Assembly (NCBI GenBank): GCA_951406725.2
Contig: OX597815.1
Coordinates: forward strand, 37,572,001-37,636,000
DNA: 64,000 nt
Reading direction: 5' to 3'
Origin: Octopus vulgaris
Taxonomy: Eukaryota
Position 1 is the first letter of the stretch; each line of letters starts with the position of its first letter. A model generated the notes under the pieces. It had not been told where the DNA came from. It searched no databases and saw only the letters and a list, made by a program, of their open reading frames with translations. A program made the position numbers and the translations under genes. Positions 1 through 12,723 of this stretch are shown piece by piece.

Positions 1-1088
1 ACACTCAGATGCATTCCAATGACTGATCTAGGATCTTACTTGAAGCTCTGTACCATCACAGTCCATTAACATACTCCTTGGTAACCCACTTCGTAAGACA
101 ATAACTATTTTCTCTTACGAAATTACTGCTGCATTTACTACGGTTTGTTATAGCTTTATACTATACTACTGAGTATATCTATAGAATTTTAAGCAACACA
201 CACACTATAAAGCTATAACAAACCGTAGTAAATGCAGCGTTTGTGTGTGTGTGTGTGTGTGTTCATGTCTAATTTAACGACTTAAATACATCAATTATTC
301 GATAGTATATTACTACGAATTGATTATTTCTAAAAGTATTTTACATAAGATTTCCGAAAGTTCGTTTAAGTTAGTTTATTTGTATTTTGAAATTAGCTAT
401 TTCATCTTTAAATATGAAAAATTAAATTTATTAGGTTTTTATTATATGTGAATATACAATTATTTATAGAGATTATTTTAGATCTTAATTATAATATTTA
501 TATACATTTATATATTTTCATTGATAATTTATATATATTAGTCATTTAAAATATTTATGTAATTAGATATAGACTAATATTGACGCTCGGGAAAATGTGA
601 AAGTCTTTTACCTTTCGAGTCTACGTACTTCAAGACAAAGGAGCACGAGGAAATAACTGGTTCGAAAAAGGTGGTTAGACAGGAGAGCTAGAAAGAAGGG
701 GAGATAATAAAATATTGGTGATCCCAAACGAAGGTGTACGTGCGTGCGTGTATGGGAAAGTGTGTGCGTGTGTAAGTGTGCGCGTCTGTAATGTGTATGT
801 GTGTGGATGATGGTGTGGGTGCTGGAAAGTGGTCAGTGCTAGTGTGGTGTGGTGTGATGTAGCAGTGTTGGGGTGTGGATGGAATGGGTATCAATGAAGA
901 GAGAAGGTGGGTAGGAGTGAAGAGAGGAAGTAGGTGTCAGGGCAAGAGAGGAGTGGTGGGTAGGATTGAAGAGAGGAAGTAGGTGTCAGATGAAGAGAGG
1001 AGAGGAGGGGAGTCAGATGAAGAGGGGAGCGGAGTTGAGCCCAAACACATAACCTACACATATTTTTTATTTATACACTTATATATAC

Positions 1089-1159
<71 letters not shown>

Positions 1160-1764
1160 CAGAGAGAGAGAGAGATCTGCATATAACTGTGAATATATAA
1201 AAATGAATATAGAAGTGTACATGATCATACATAAATATTACCATCCAAACAGTGTTTGGTTGGTATTTTCATGTAGATTGTTGGGATTATAATTCTGGTA
1301 GCTTCAGTATTATCTTTGGTTCTGCTTTGGTGTGTATTTAGGGATAATATATGCAATGTTCAACAGACAGATTTGTTACGGAAATTATTGCATATGAAGT
1401 TACTAAAACAATCAACTCTTGTTTTCATTTTTTGCCCTTTATTGTTTTCTTTACTTACCTGTGTTATCATTTTCTTTGTTTGCTTGATTTGCTGTCTGTT
1501 TATGATGTTATTAAACTAGCGAAAGATTCCTTGTCACATTTTGAGTGTTGGCGTTGATTTTTCGCTTCAAATATTTCTTCAAAAATTTTCTAAATTCCTC
1601 CTCTCATTATTTGCTTTCTTTCTCTCGTGCTCTATTTTTTTGTTTGATCCCATCTTTCTTTCTGTCATGCTACCGTTCCTTTCTTCTTTGTTTCTTTGTT
1701 CTTTGCTTTCGTTCTATTTCTGTTTATCTATTTATCTATCCGTTTATCTATGTTTATCTATTCT

Positions 1765-1830
<66 letters not shown>

Positions 1831-2374
1831 ACATACACATACACACACACACACTTTTCTTAGTTTCCTTTCATTTCATATTAAAGCAATTTGTAATATT
1901 TCAGCGTAAATTTTTTTTTGTGAATGACCTGCAATATTCAATATATATTATTAAATTATACTGCGATATATTCAATTTAGTTTTTCATTTGTATTATAAA
2001 TAGCTGATTTTTTTTACATAGAACATGCATCTGATCAAATGTTTCTTTCCAATTATCATTATTTGAACATTATCAGCAAAGGTTTCCAGTTTCATTTTTT
2101 TCTCTATTTTTAAAAGAGCCGCGAAAGTAAGTCTCAAAATGTTTAAGCTTCATCTATTGAACGTGACACATTTACCCATTCTTCATTTCATAATATAAAA
2201 TATTAAAAAATGTACATGCTTACTGATATTTATTTACAATATTTTACTTATATTCATTATTCAAAGTAGGAATCCTTTGCTTTCATCATAGCCGTTAATC
2301 TTTTCTCAACTGAAATACGTATGTATTTACTCATTTTCTACCCACATTATTATTACTGTAAATCTATCTATCTC

Positions 2375-2556
2375 TATACACACACACACACATATATATA
2401 TACATACATATATAATACATATATACATACATATATACATATACATATATATATATACATATATATATATATACATATATATATATACATACATATATAC
2501 ATATATATATACATATATATATACATATATATATAAACATATATATATATACATAA

Positions 2557-2599
<43 letters not shown>

Positions 2600-2730
2600 T
2601 ATATACATTTATATATATACATATATATATATGTATACATATATATATACATATATATACATATATATATATATAAACATATATATATATATATACCTAT
2701 ATATATATATACATATATATATATACATAT
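2375..2730. repeat. Compound (TA/TACA)n microsatellite
   Basis: Direct reading. Confidence 0.95.
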
Positions 2731-2806
2731 AAATCCTTAAATCCTTAAAAATGTTTTAGCCCGAAGGCCGCGGCCATGCTGGGGCACCACCGCTGAATGA
2801 GCTACA

Positions 2807-5320
2807 CTAGTTTGTGAATCCACCTCTGATACGTGGCACTTGATCAACAAGGGAGTTCGATGCTGCTGCCCGCATCCGTGTCTCCTGTCGTGAGGTAGGT
2901 TCATCTGGGACTCCCAACAAGAAGAGATCCAGTTTAGTTTTAAAGAAACCCACATCCACACCATGTAAGTCTCTCAGGCATTTAGGGAGGATGTTAAAGA
3001 GCTGTGGTCCTCTGAAACCCAAGCTGTTGCAGTATCTGGACCTGTACTTTGATGGTGATGTTGGAATCCTTGGCACCACGCAGCGGCGCCCCGTTCTGCG
3101 GTTGGAGTAACTTTGAATGCCAAAGTTTGGGACAAGACCCTCCAGGATTTTCCAGATGTATATCACTGCATATCTCTCCCGCCTCCGCTCCAGGGAGAAG
3201 AGGTTTAATACCTTCAGTCTTTCCCAGTAGCTGACATTTTGCATTGAGACGATTTTCTTTGTGTAGCTTCTCTGAGTTGCTTCGAGTTCTGCTGTTTGTT
3301 TTATATTGTGTGGTGACCAAAGTTGGGAGCAGTAGTCCAAGCGGCTGAGGACAAATGTTTTCCATAGGACCATCAGTGTCTCCTTATCTCTTGTTCTGAA
3401 AGTTCGGAGAATCCATCCAGCTAGCCGTCTGCATTTTATCACCAGATTAGCAATATGCATTTGGAAAGATGCATCATTGCTCATGTCAATGCCCAGGTCA
3501 CGCACTGATTTTGACTCATGGATTGCAATTTTTCCTGGGCCAGTGTATCCAGTATTCACGTCATTTACCTTTGTGTGCCAGTAGCGCAGGGCCTGGAACT
3601 TACCTGCATTAAACTGCATGTTGTTGTCCTCAGCCCACCTGTATATTGTGTCCAGCTCATGTTGCAGATGCGCAATATTTTCAGGGTTTTGTATTGCGTG
3701 GGAGACTTTTGTGTCATCTGCATAGCTAGCAAGGGTGGTCATCGTAGCAACTGAAGGCATGTCTGAAAGGGCCACTATGAACATCAGTGGCCCCAAAACA
3801 GTGCCCTGTGGGACACCGCTTGTTATTTGCGTTTCCCTGGAGGTGGCTCCATTGCTCACAACTGCCTGTTTTCTGTCTTTTAGGAAGTTGTGCAGCCACT
3901 CTCCAAGTTTCCCGCCTATGCCGAGACCACGCAGTTTGTGACAGATCATACCATGGTCGACTTTATCAAAGGCTTTTGCAAAGTCAAGATATATTACATC
4001 CACATTTGAGCCATTTAGTAGCTGTTTCAACACCCAGTCATAGTGTTGCAGGAGCTGTGTTAGGCAGCCTCTACCTGGTCGAAATCCATGCTGGGTGTCA
4101 GACAGTAAGTCATTTTCTTCAAGGAACATGATTAGTTTCTTACGGACTATTCGTTCCATGACTTTGCTGATGTGTGAGGTCAGAGAGATAGGCCTATAAT
4201 TTTTAGCATCTGCTCTGCTACCTCCCTTATGGATAGGGCATATTACCCCCTCTTTCAGTTTGACTGGGAGCTTACCACTTGCAAGAAAGCTCTGAAAAAG
4301 AAGCTGTAGCGGTTTTGCAAGGGCTCGTTTGCACGATTTGAGAAGGATCGCTGGGAATCCATCAGGTCCAGCAGCTGAGTTTGTGTCAATCTCATCAATG
4401 GCTAGTGTGATATCATCTTCTTCGATGTTGATGTACTCAATTTTTGTCTCTTTGGCCGCTGGTAAAGTGGCAAAGAATTCTTCTGGGTTGTTTACTTGCC
4501 TGTGTCCTAGAGGTGTAGTGAACACACTTTGGAACTGTTCGTTCAGTATTTCACTTATCCTCGTGGGATTTCCTGTGATAGAGCCATCTTTTTGGAAGAG
4601 AGGTCCTATTCTCTGGTGCACTGTGGCTGTCTCTTTGGCAAACTTAAAGAAAGCTTTAGGGTTTGATTTTATATTTTCTATTACCCAAGCTTCTTTATCT
4701 GCTCTCTCCTTTTCATGGGACTGATGTAGACTTTTCTCAGTTTCCATTAGCATTCTTTCGAGCCGAGACTTCTCACCACTTTTGGTGTGCTTGCTCAGGC
4801 GGTTTGCAATCCTTGTCCGTCGTCTCATAAGAATCCTCCTTTCTCTAGGGATCCTGTTTTTGTTCTTGTGTGTGCTGGCCCTGCACATTGGGACATATTT
4901 GTCACATATGGCTTGTATTATGGACATGAAGTGTGTGTGTTTCATGTTTATGTCCGGTGTGGAGAGACATTCAGGCCAATCCTGTTTGAGGATCTCTTTC
5001 TCAATCGACTTCCAGTTGGCTTTATGAAAGTTTAAGTTGGAGAGATGGTGGGTGCTTCGTATAGGCTGTGTGTCTGCGGGGGCTTTTGTTCCATACATAG
5101 ACAGCTCTATTATGTTGTGATCCGAGATCATTGTCGGCATCACATTAACATTATGGATAATATCCATATTGTTTGTGAAGCAGAGATCCAGTATATTATC
5201 TGCCCTTGTTGGTTGCAGAACTATTTGCTCCATGAAAGAGGTATTTGTGAGATGGAGCAGGGACTCCACCTGTGCCTGCTGATGGTGTGTCATCCCTGGG
5301 AGCATCTGCCCCCAGGCCAT
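2807..5320 (-). CDS. LINE ORF2, C-terminal part (end of APE plus reverse transcriptase)
   Basis: 837 aa with YRPISLTS, QHGFR, YLDFAKAFD, GVPQGTVLGP, YADD and SDHN motifs. Confidence 0.93.
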   Translation of the reverse strand: MAWGQMLPGMTHHQQAQVESLLHLTNTSFMEQIVLQPTRADNILDLCFTNNMDIIHNVNVMPTMISDHNIIELSMYGTKAPADTQPIRSTHHLSNLNFHKANWKSIEKEILKQDWPECLSTPDINMKHTHFMSIIQAICDKYVPMCRASTHKNKNRIPRERRILMRRRTRIANRLSKHTKSGEKSRLERMLMETEKSLHQSHEKERADKEAWVIENIKSNPKAFFKFAKETATVHQRIGPLFQKDGSITGNPTRISEILNEQFQSVFTTPLGHRQVNNPEEFFATLPAAKETKIEYINIEEDDITLAIDEIDTNSAAGPDGFPAILLKSCKRALAKPLQLLFQSFLASGKLPVKLKEGVICPIHKGGSRADAKNYRPISLTSHISKVMERIVRKKLIMFLEENDLLSDTQHGFRPGRGCLTQLLQHYDWVLKQLLNGSNVDVIYLDFAKAFDKVDHGMICHKLRGLGIGGKLGEWLHNFLKDRKQAVVSNGATSRETQITSGVPQGTVLGPLMFIVALSDMPSVATMTTLASYADDTKVSHAIQNPENIAHLQHELDTIYRWAEDNNMQFNAGKFQALRYWHTKVNDVNTGYTGPGKIAIHESKSVRDLGIDMSNDASFQMHIANLVIKCRRLAGWILRTFRTRDKETLMVLWKTFVLSRLDYCSQLWSPHNIKQTAELEATQRSYTKKIVSMQNVSYWERLKVLNLFSLERRRERYAVIYIWKILEGLVPNFGIQSYSNRRTGRRCVVPRIPTSPSKYRSRYCNSLGFRGPQLFNILPKCLRDLHGVDVGFFKTKLDLFLLGVPDEPTSRQETRMRAAASNSLVDQVPRIRGGFTN

Positions 5321-5910
5321 TCCACATTGGGGAGGTTAAAGTCACCCATGAAGAATACACTGTTGTGCTGTTCAAGGTTGGTGAGGACTTCTCCTATTTT
5401 TGTTAGGCAGTCTTCAAACATGCCTGAGTGTTTTGGGGCGTCTGGTGGGCGATATGTAGTGCATATGACGATATTCAGTTGTCTTATGTGTACAATTTGA
5501 GTTTCACATACTGAGTTTGAATATGACAGCAGGACCTGGGGCGTGAGGTCATCTCGGATGTACATTGCAACTCCACCATGGCTCCTCCCTTTTCTATCTG
5601 TGCGTATGACTGCATATTGCGGCATGTGTATTTCTGCATCACCTATATCGGGTTCAAGATGCGTTTCTGTGATTGCCATGCATATAGCTTGATTGCATGT
5701 CACAAGGTCTCTCAGGAATGAAATTTTCTTTTTACAGTTTCCGCGCAGCAGCCCTCCTACATTCAGTAGAAATATTTTTGTGGTGTGTGTGTTGGTGTTG
5801 GTGTCTGTGGTGGCCATCCTGCATCTGTTGGAGGTGGCCTTATGTGGTGGTAGTTCCAGCTTTGTGCTTGTAGCCAGGTCAGCTGCTGAACAATTTTTTG
5901 TGCCATGCAC
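5290..5910 (-). CDS. LINE ORF2, N-terminal APE endonuclease (frameshifted from the RT part)
   Basis: LLNVGGL, AITETHL, GGVAMY, YRPP and MGDFN motifs. The frame changes at a G5 run near 5309-5313. Confidence 0.9.
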   Translation of the reverse strand: MHGTKNCSAADLATSTKLELPPHKATSNRCRMATTDTNTNTHTTKIFLLNVGGLLRGNCKKKISFLRDLVTCNQAICMAITETHLEPDIGDAEIHMPQYAVIRTDRKGRSHGGVAMYIRDDLTPQVLLSYSNSVCETQIVHIRQLNIVICTTYRPPDAPKHSGMFEDCLTKIGEVLTNLEQHNSVFFMGDFNLPNVEWPGGRCSQG

Positions 5911-6472
5911 AAAAAAGACTGCTGTTCAGCTGCCGCCCTTCTCACATCTGGGTGAAGCTGGCCACCTGTTGGGTTTCCGCGCACCACATCTGCATACCGT
6001 CTTTCAGTAGTGGTCAGTGCGCTTTTTTCCCTTCTTTTAACTTTTTGTTTTTGTTCTCCCTGAGGGAGGGACCTCTGTCTCGCGTCCGTGCGGTTTTGGT
6101 AGGGCCTCCGATGTGCAAAGCGACAGTTTGCACCTTCAACGCCGTACCAGCAGTCCCCCCTCAGGTAGAATTTGCAGGTGTTTCTTTCCCTGCCCTTACA
6201 GTTTTTGCTGGGGTCCCTCTGCTTTCTCTGGACAGGGCTTCCTTTAGCCTTGATTCTGTCACCCTTTACCTCCTGCTTCCCATCAATTCCAGGGTGCCTT
6301 TCCTTTCTTGCGGCCATCGCACCTCTTTGGTCTTCAGTTGTGGTGTTGGAAGCTGGACATGTGTCATCGTTTCCCTGTGTTCCAGGCTTCTCCATTTGGC
6401 TCTGGATGCTTTCCTCATCCTTTTGGCCCTCCCTGCTGCCGTCACCTCCCAGGATGATGTCCAGGGTGTCCA
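5763..6472 (-). CDS. LINE ORF1, 5'-truncated, with CCCH zinc finger
   Basis: [22 protein letters not shown] (C-x7-C-x8-C-x3-H), basic region and YADVV motif. Overlaps the ORF2 start. The ORF-track extension to 6731 is microsatellite. Confidence 0.75.
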
Positions 6473-6551
6473 CATATATATATACATATATATATATACA
6501 TATATATACATACATATATATATATACATATATATATACATATATATATAC

Positions 6552-6594
<43 letters not shown>

Positions 6595-6651
6595 TACATA
6601 TATATGTACATACACACATATATATATATACATACATATATATATACATAC

Positions 6652-6720
<69 letters not shown>

Positions 6721-6859
6721 TATACATACACAGATATATATATTCACATATATATACACACATATATATATACACATATATATATACACAAATATATATA
6801 TACATATATATATATATATACAAATATACATATATATATATACACATATATTTATATAT

Positions 6860-6895
<36 letters not shown>
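6473..6895. repeat. Compound (TA/TACA)n microsatellite
   Basis: Direct reading. Confidence 0.95.
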
Positions 6896-6896
<1 letters not shown>

Positions 6897-6936
6897 ATGG
6901 CATCAATTACCTATTGCACCCTATATGCATATGCTT

Positions 6937-7076
6937 GGAGGCGCAATGGCCCAGTGGTTAGGGCAACATACTCGTGGTTGTGGGATCGCAGCTTCGATTT
7001 CCAGACCGGGCGTTGTGAGTGTTTATTGAGCGAAATCACCTGAAGCTCCACGACGCTTCCAGTGGGATGGTCGGCG
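6937..7076 (+). mobile_element. tRNA-derived SINE, family A head (3'-truncated)
   Basis: GGAGGCGCAATGGCCCAGTGG A-box, TTCGATT B-box-like. Matches the copies at 12433 and 32374. Confidence 0.8.
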
Positions 7077-7674
7077 GCCCAGGTCGGTGAAGCAGTCCTC
7101 TTCATTTGATGCAGGTGGAGTGTTGTGGAATAGTGAATATAGCCTGCCGCACAAAGCTATGAATATACATACATACATACACATACACACACATACACAT
7201 ATATATGTACGTATGTATGTATGTATGTATGTATGTATGTATGTATGTATGTATGTATGTATGTATGTATGTATGTATGTATGTATGTATGTATGTATGT
7301 ATGCATGTATGTATATATGTATGTGTGTGTGTGCGTGTGTATGTGTGTGACTATATGTCTGTATGCATACATAAATGTATGTATAAGTATATGGATCTAT
7401 GTACAATAATCTTATTGATAGTAAACTCTCAGTTTCGGCTGGTTTCTGCTTATCCTAACAGACAAACATTACAAGCCTCAAGCCAGCTAAACTGTGAGGC
7501 CAGTGTCCAAAAAATATATTGACTATTTACGTGTATTGAGTCTTCTTGCATCAATGTCTGTTGCTCTGTCCATATAAAATATTTACATTTAACTACACAC
7601 ACACGCGCGCACACACACATACACACAAACACAGACACAGACACACACACACAGACGTGTATGTGTGTGTGTTT

Positions 7675-8055
7675 GCGTTGCTTCCCAACCGCATGGTTCC
7701 GGGCTCAGTCTCACTGCGTGGCACCTTGGACAAGTGTCTTCTACTGTAGCCACGGGTCGACCAAAGCCTTATGAGTGGATTTGGTAGATGGAAACTGAAA
7801 AAAGCCTGTCGTATATATATATATGTTTATATATCTATGTCTGTGTGTTTCTGCGTTTGTTCCCCCCATTACCATTTGACAACCGATGTTGGTGTGTTTA
7901 CGTCCCCGTAACTTAGTGGTTTAATAAGAGACCACTTGAATGCGTACCAGTGTTTTAAAAAGTGTACTACGGTCGATTTATTCGATTAAAAAATCAAGGT
8001 GGTGCCCCATCATGGGCGCAGTCTAGTAACTGAAACCGGTAAAAGATAAAAGATG
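7675..8055 (+). mobile_element. tRNA-derived SINE, family B (diverged)
   Basis: Aligns with 22572-22979 (CACTGCGTGGCACCTTGG...GGAAACTGAAA, GGTGGTGCCCCATCATGG tail). Confidence 0.8.
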
Positions 8056-8066
8056 TATATATATGT

Positions 8067-8367
8067 ATATCATGTTCTCTTCCGTCGTTACACGACGTAT
8101 GACTGTACGGTAATTTCTTGCCGGACAAATAAACAAATGATTTGATTATTGTGATAAAATATTTGTGTACACATAAGCTCACTCTCCGCATTAAATCGAC
8201 ATTACCTGCACAGGTGCATGTGTGCTACATGTCAGATGATGAAATGATCGCAGAGCAACGTGAAGTGAAGTGCTTTGCTTAAGAACGCAACGAAACACCC
8301 GTTCTGGGAATCGAAGTAACGATCTCGCAATCGTGAGTGCAACATCTTAACCACTAAGCCATGCTCT
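8067..8367 (-). mobile_element. tRNA-derived SINE, family C head
   Basis: Minus strand GGCTTAGTGGTTAAG...TTCGATTCC...AGCAAAGCACTTCACTTCACGTTGCTC, as at 11989. Confidence 0.7.
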
Positions 8368-8966
8368 TTCACAAAATTGTTATGGATCAGCTGTTGGCCT
8401 TATAACACATTTCTTTTACCCCAAACAATTCTGCTAGCTCACCGCATTTGCTATGATGATAATAATAATAATACAAATTCGTCAGAACTAATGATATGCA
8501 GACAGAAACTCTTCGAGTTTTCGTAAGGAAAATAAGTGAAATATTGCTTACGTTCTGCAATTATTATTTTTTTTGTAATTATCCAACTTTGGAGAATAAA
8601 TTTTTTGTGATTAAAGCAAGAAATCACATTTACTTCGAATTTTATAGACAGTCCTGAGAAATATTCTCGTGCAAGACTGATTATCATGCGTAAAAATAGT
8701 AAATTGGAGTTACTACTCTAATACAAAATACTTTAACTTGCAATTTTTGGCTCACCAAGTTTTCACTTGTCAAATGACGTTATTAACACGATAGCTAACG
8801 TGGACAGATCGACTGACTGACTTGTCCGGTCGAATTTAGTTCACGAGCTCTAGCTTTGATATTGCAACTTTTGTATTTCCCGTTAAGAAATGGATAGATT
8901 TGGCTAATTCTCGTGGGTGTTCGTGCGTAGCCGAACATATATGTCTTCATATATATATTCATATGC

Positions 8967-9011
<45 letters not shown>

Positions 9012-9025
9012 TACATACCTACACA

Positions 9026-9065
<40 letters not shown>

Positions 9066-9096
9066 CAAAATAAGCAACAAGGATATCCAGAGCTAA

Positions 9097-9192
9097 TGCA
9101 GTACGATTGTTTCATGCAACTCCATTTAATTGAACAATGCAAACGATGCAATCATTACATCAATTTAAAATGCAGAGCAATCTTCAGCTGCA
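9097..9192 (-). ncRNA. Type I hammerhead ribozyme with long helix II
   Basis: tgcag-CTGAAGA-[t tgc..ctc..cattt..aattga / tcaatt aaatg gag..gca t]-GAAA-caatcg-TA-ctgca. Confidence 0.8.
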
Positions 9193-9535
9193 CATAGACA
9201 TAGAATTTAATTAAATTAGAGCAGATGGACACATTAGTATAATTATACCTAAAATCTCCAGTTTAGAAGTTACTGAATTTTCAAGATATGCATTGTAACA
9301 GACTCTGCCTGTCACTGATCTTTTGTTTTTATGGGGTCAGTTTTAATTTATAGACTACTTTATCAAATCCCTTGTATATCTAAGGTTGAGAGAACAGAGG
9401 GCAGTATCTGTTATGGATAGGGTTGAGGGAGCAGACAGACATCATAGTTGGTATATTCATAAAAATCAAGATTTATTAGAAGCAATATCATGAGGTTTGG
9501 TAAAGAAAAACTTAAAACTAGATGTTAGCTGATAA

Positions 9536-9671
9536 TTACAGAAAACAGCACTGCTTGGAACCTCTCGAATACTCCGGAAGGTGCTCAAAAAATAACGGGT
9601 GTTACCTTAGTTCATTGGTAGTGACAACTGACACCGTAGTGGATCTCCAACGTTAGAAGCTGTGCTAAGTC
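9536..9671 (+). mobile_element. 3' end of an R4/Dong-like RLE retrotransposon
   Basis: Translates LQKTALLGTSRILRKVLKK*, then a short UTR running into (TAA)n. Confidence 0.7.
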
Positions 9672-9855
<184 letters not shown>

Positions 9856-10504
9856 CAAATTAGTCAGAAGTAATAATATGCAAATATTGGAATTTTCCTA
9901 GTTTACATTAATATGTATTCTCCGCCTAGAATGTAATTGTATATTCACAAATCATTGCAAATAAAGAAACCTACCTCATGTGATCTCGTAGTGTATATGT
10001 GTTAGTGTGTATCAGTGTCTCTTTGTTTTACTGTCTCATTGCTTTGACATCGGGAAATGAGTGGGTGTCACTCTCATGCAAGCACTATCCTTTGTTTCCG
10101 ATCTTCCGAGTATCTGGTTGTTAAATTACTTCAATTCTGTGTACCTATATTTACTCGATTGCTGGCATTTATCAATAGTTTCTCCAATTGTTTTGATGCG
10201 CGATTGTGTATCATCGATACCACTGTCTGCACTTTCGACGACTCGGCTAAGATTAGTGATGATGATAATAATGATAGAAGACAAAGACGAAAAGAAAGGA
10301 AAGAAAACTACAAAGGGTAGTGTATAATTATCTTATTTTGTGGGAATCTATTGCTGCCAGCCGGCGTTGCACGATTCCTCAATCCGTGCAGATGACAATG
10401 ATGAGACTATGATTTGAAGATTAAACATTCTGAATTGAAGATTGTCTCCTAGACCTTGTTGTTTTACTGGTTAATTACGAATACGCCTATTACCTGTCAA
10501 GCTT

Positions 10505-11596
10505 CAAGCATATAGTTTCCATCCGGATATTGTACGATGGGTTGGTGCCTTTCTCTCAGATCGCTCCTTCCAAGTCCAAGTTAATGGTTCGCTGTCCGAC
10601 GTCTCCAGTGCGAGCAGTGGCGTGCCTCAAGGTTCAGTGCTTGGGCCCTTATTGTTTTTAGTCTTCATAAATGACTTGCCCGACGACCTCACGCAACACA
10701 CACTTCTATTTGCCGATGATGTCAAACTGGTCGCTCCTCGCGGTGATATAGATGATCATCGTCGATGCTTCCACCAAGTTTGGAGATGGTCTAATGAATG
10801 GGACCTGTGTCTGAACGTGTCAAAGTGCTGTCATCTGCCTGTTGGCTCTTCTCCTGCAACTCAACTTGATTTCGAACCGGGTCGTCTGCTGCTGGAGAGG
10901 AGCGACCAGGTAAAGGACCTGGGTATCTTGGTGGATTCTTCCTTTTCGCCTTCGGCCCAGTGCGTCCATGCTGCCAACAAAGCACGTTCTGTTTTTGATT
11001 CGACGGTCATTCGGAATGCTCACAGCAGCCATATTCCTACCGCTCTTTGTCACGCTGGTGAGACCCATATTGGAGTACGGGATTCAAGCCTCTTCTCCTT
11101 ATCTCCTCAAAGACAAACATCATCTCGAAAGAGTCCAGAAGCTGGCTACCCGCATGGTTCTTGGTCTCAAGCATTTGTCTTATGAAGAAAGGCTGAAGAC
11201 GCTCGACCTTTATTCTCTAGAAAAACGACGACGTCGTGGTGATCTCATTGTTGCTCACAACATCATAAGCGGAAAGTATAACCTCTCGAAAGAGCTGTTC
11301 TTCACTCCTGCTCCAGAGCGTCAGCTGCGGGGGTCACTCCGAAAAGCTCTATGTGCGACGATTTCATCTCAATCGAAGGAGAGGGGCTATCTCCGTCCGG
11401 GTTGCGGATCCGTGGAATAAGCTGCCGGACGAGATAGTGAAGATGCCGACGACCGCTCGGTTCAAAGTCTCTCTTGACCAGAAATGGCCTGAACTCTTTG
11501 CATGAACACTCTCACTGTACATAAATCCATGTCCCCCTACATGGCCTTGCTTTTTGCTTTTTGAGCCAAAATATTAACTTAACTTAATTTAACTAA
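10505..11596 (+). pseudogene. 5'-truncated CR1/L2-group LINE (RT C-terminal half, frameshifted)
   Basis: [31 protein letters not shown] and RRRRGDLI in two frames. Tail (TTAAC)n at ~11574-11596. Confidence 0.88.
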
Positions 11597-11988
11597 CGTG
11601 ATTCACATGCAAGTAGTGGTAGTTGACGACTGAGAAAAGAGTTTAGGAAAAAGGAAATTAACAAACAACTATTCTTCATTTGTACTAATTTATACGTTCC
11701 TTAACGGTTGAGTATTGAATTCCCCAGTACTCAAGTGACAGTTATACTGCAAATTAATTTCCAGTTCCAACATCATATGTATGAGAAATATTAGAAAACT
11801 CAATGTTATATATTTATTTTGTTAATCCACAAAGAGATTTATATTTAGAAAAAGTAATGACATTCATCTTAAACGATAGTGTTTGGTATCAGATGACTGC
11901 TGCATTTCTGACCGGAACATCTCTTATTATACTCACCGCAGGTTACAACATATCAATATAGCCTCTTCGAGGTAAGTAACATGTAAGA

Positions 11989-12195
11989 GGAGGCGCGTGG
12001 CTTGGAGGTTAGGGTGTTGAACTTATGATCGTAAGATTGTGGTTTCGATTTCTGTACCGGGCGACGCGTTGTGTTCGAGCAAAGCAGTTCACGTTGCTCC
12101 AGTTTATCAGCTGGCTAAAATGAGTAATCTTGCGCCATGGAAACCGAGAACTGACCCTCATGAGTTGGCATGACTCGAGAAGGTAATTTCACCCT
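11989..12195 (+). mobile_element. tRNA-derived SINE, family C, with TSD
   Basis: GGAGGCGCGTGGCTTGGAGG head and GTTTCGATT box. Flanked by taagtaacatgtaa / taagttacatgtaa. Confidence 0.75.
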
Positions 12196-12432
12196 TAAGT
12201 TACATGTAAAATATTTGTGCTTAATCCATTTATTTGTTTCTCGTTAATGTTAAGACTTTCGGGTTAAGTATTTCTCTATGAAGCTTCTGATTTATATTAG
12301 GTTAGAATTTATTGAGATTTGGAATACACTTTAGTATAGTGCGTTTAGCAATGTAGCTTGATGGAACAGTCACAAGTCTTACTTAAACAAACGAAATACA
12401 CGTAGATTATCCAATACTATTACTAGTTTTGT

Positions 12433-12723
12433 GGAGGCGCAATGGCCCAGTGGTTAGCGGAGCGGACTCACGGTTTCGATTCCCAGACCGGGCGTTGTGC
12501 GTGTTTATTGAGCGAAAACACCTATTTAGGCAGGGGGTGGGGTGGCGACCCCTGTTGTACTCTTTCGCCCCAAAATTCTCTCATTCTTTCTTCCTGTTTC
12601 TTGAGGTACGCTGCGATGGACTGCGATGGACTGTCCAGCTGGGGGGAACACATACGCCATAGAAAACGGGAAACCGATCCCATGAGCCTGGCTAGGCTTG
12701 AAAAGGGCGCAGAAGAAGAAGAA
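12433..12723 (+). mobile_element. tRNA-derived SINE, family A, (GAA)n tail
   Basis: Family A head. Tail CCTGGCTAGGCTTGAAAAGGGCGCAGAAGAAGAA. Imperfect TSD atta(c/t)tagtttt. Confidence 0.82.

Larger units (their letters stand above)
2731..6472 (-). mobile_element. Near full-length, 5'-truncated CR1/L2-group LINE inserted in a (TA)n tract
   Basis: ORF1 followed by APE and RT ORFs. Short 3'UTR ends in a TAAGGATT tandem tail at ~2731-2750. Both flanks are TA microsatellite. Confidence 0.92.

Noticed and set aside
2994-6010. Overlapping and antisense ORFs within the LINE (and likewise within the PLEs)
   Set aside because: Shadow frames of RT coding sequence with no recognisable motifs.
6937-7012. 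tRNA genes at SINE heads
   Set aside because: A/B boxes are present but run into SINE bodies with tails and TSDs, and I see no convincing cloverleaf.
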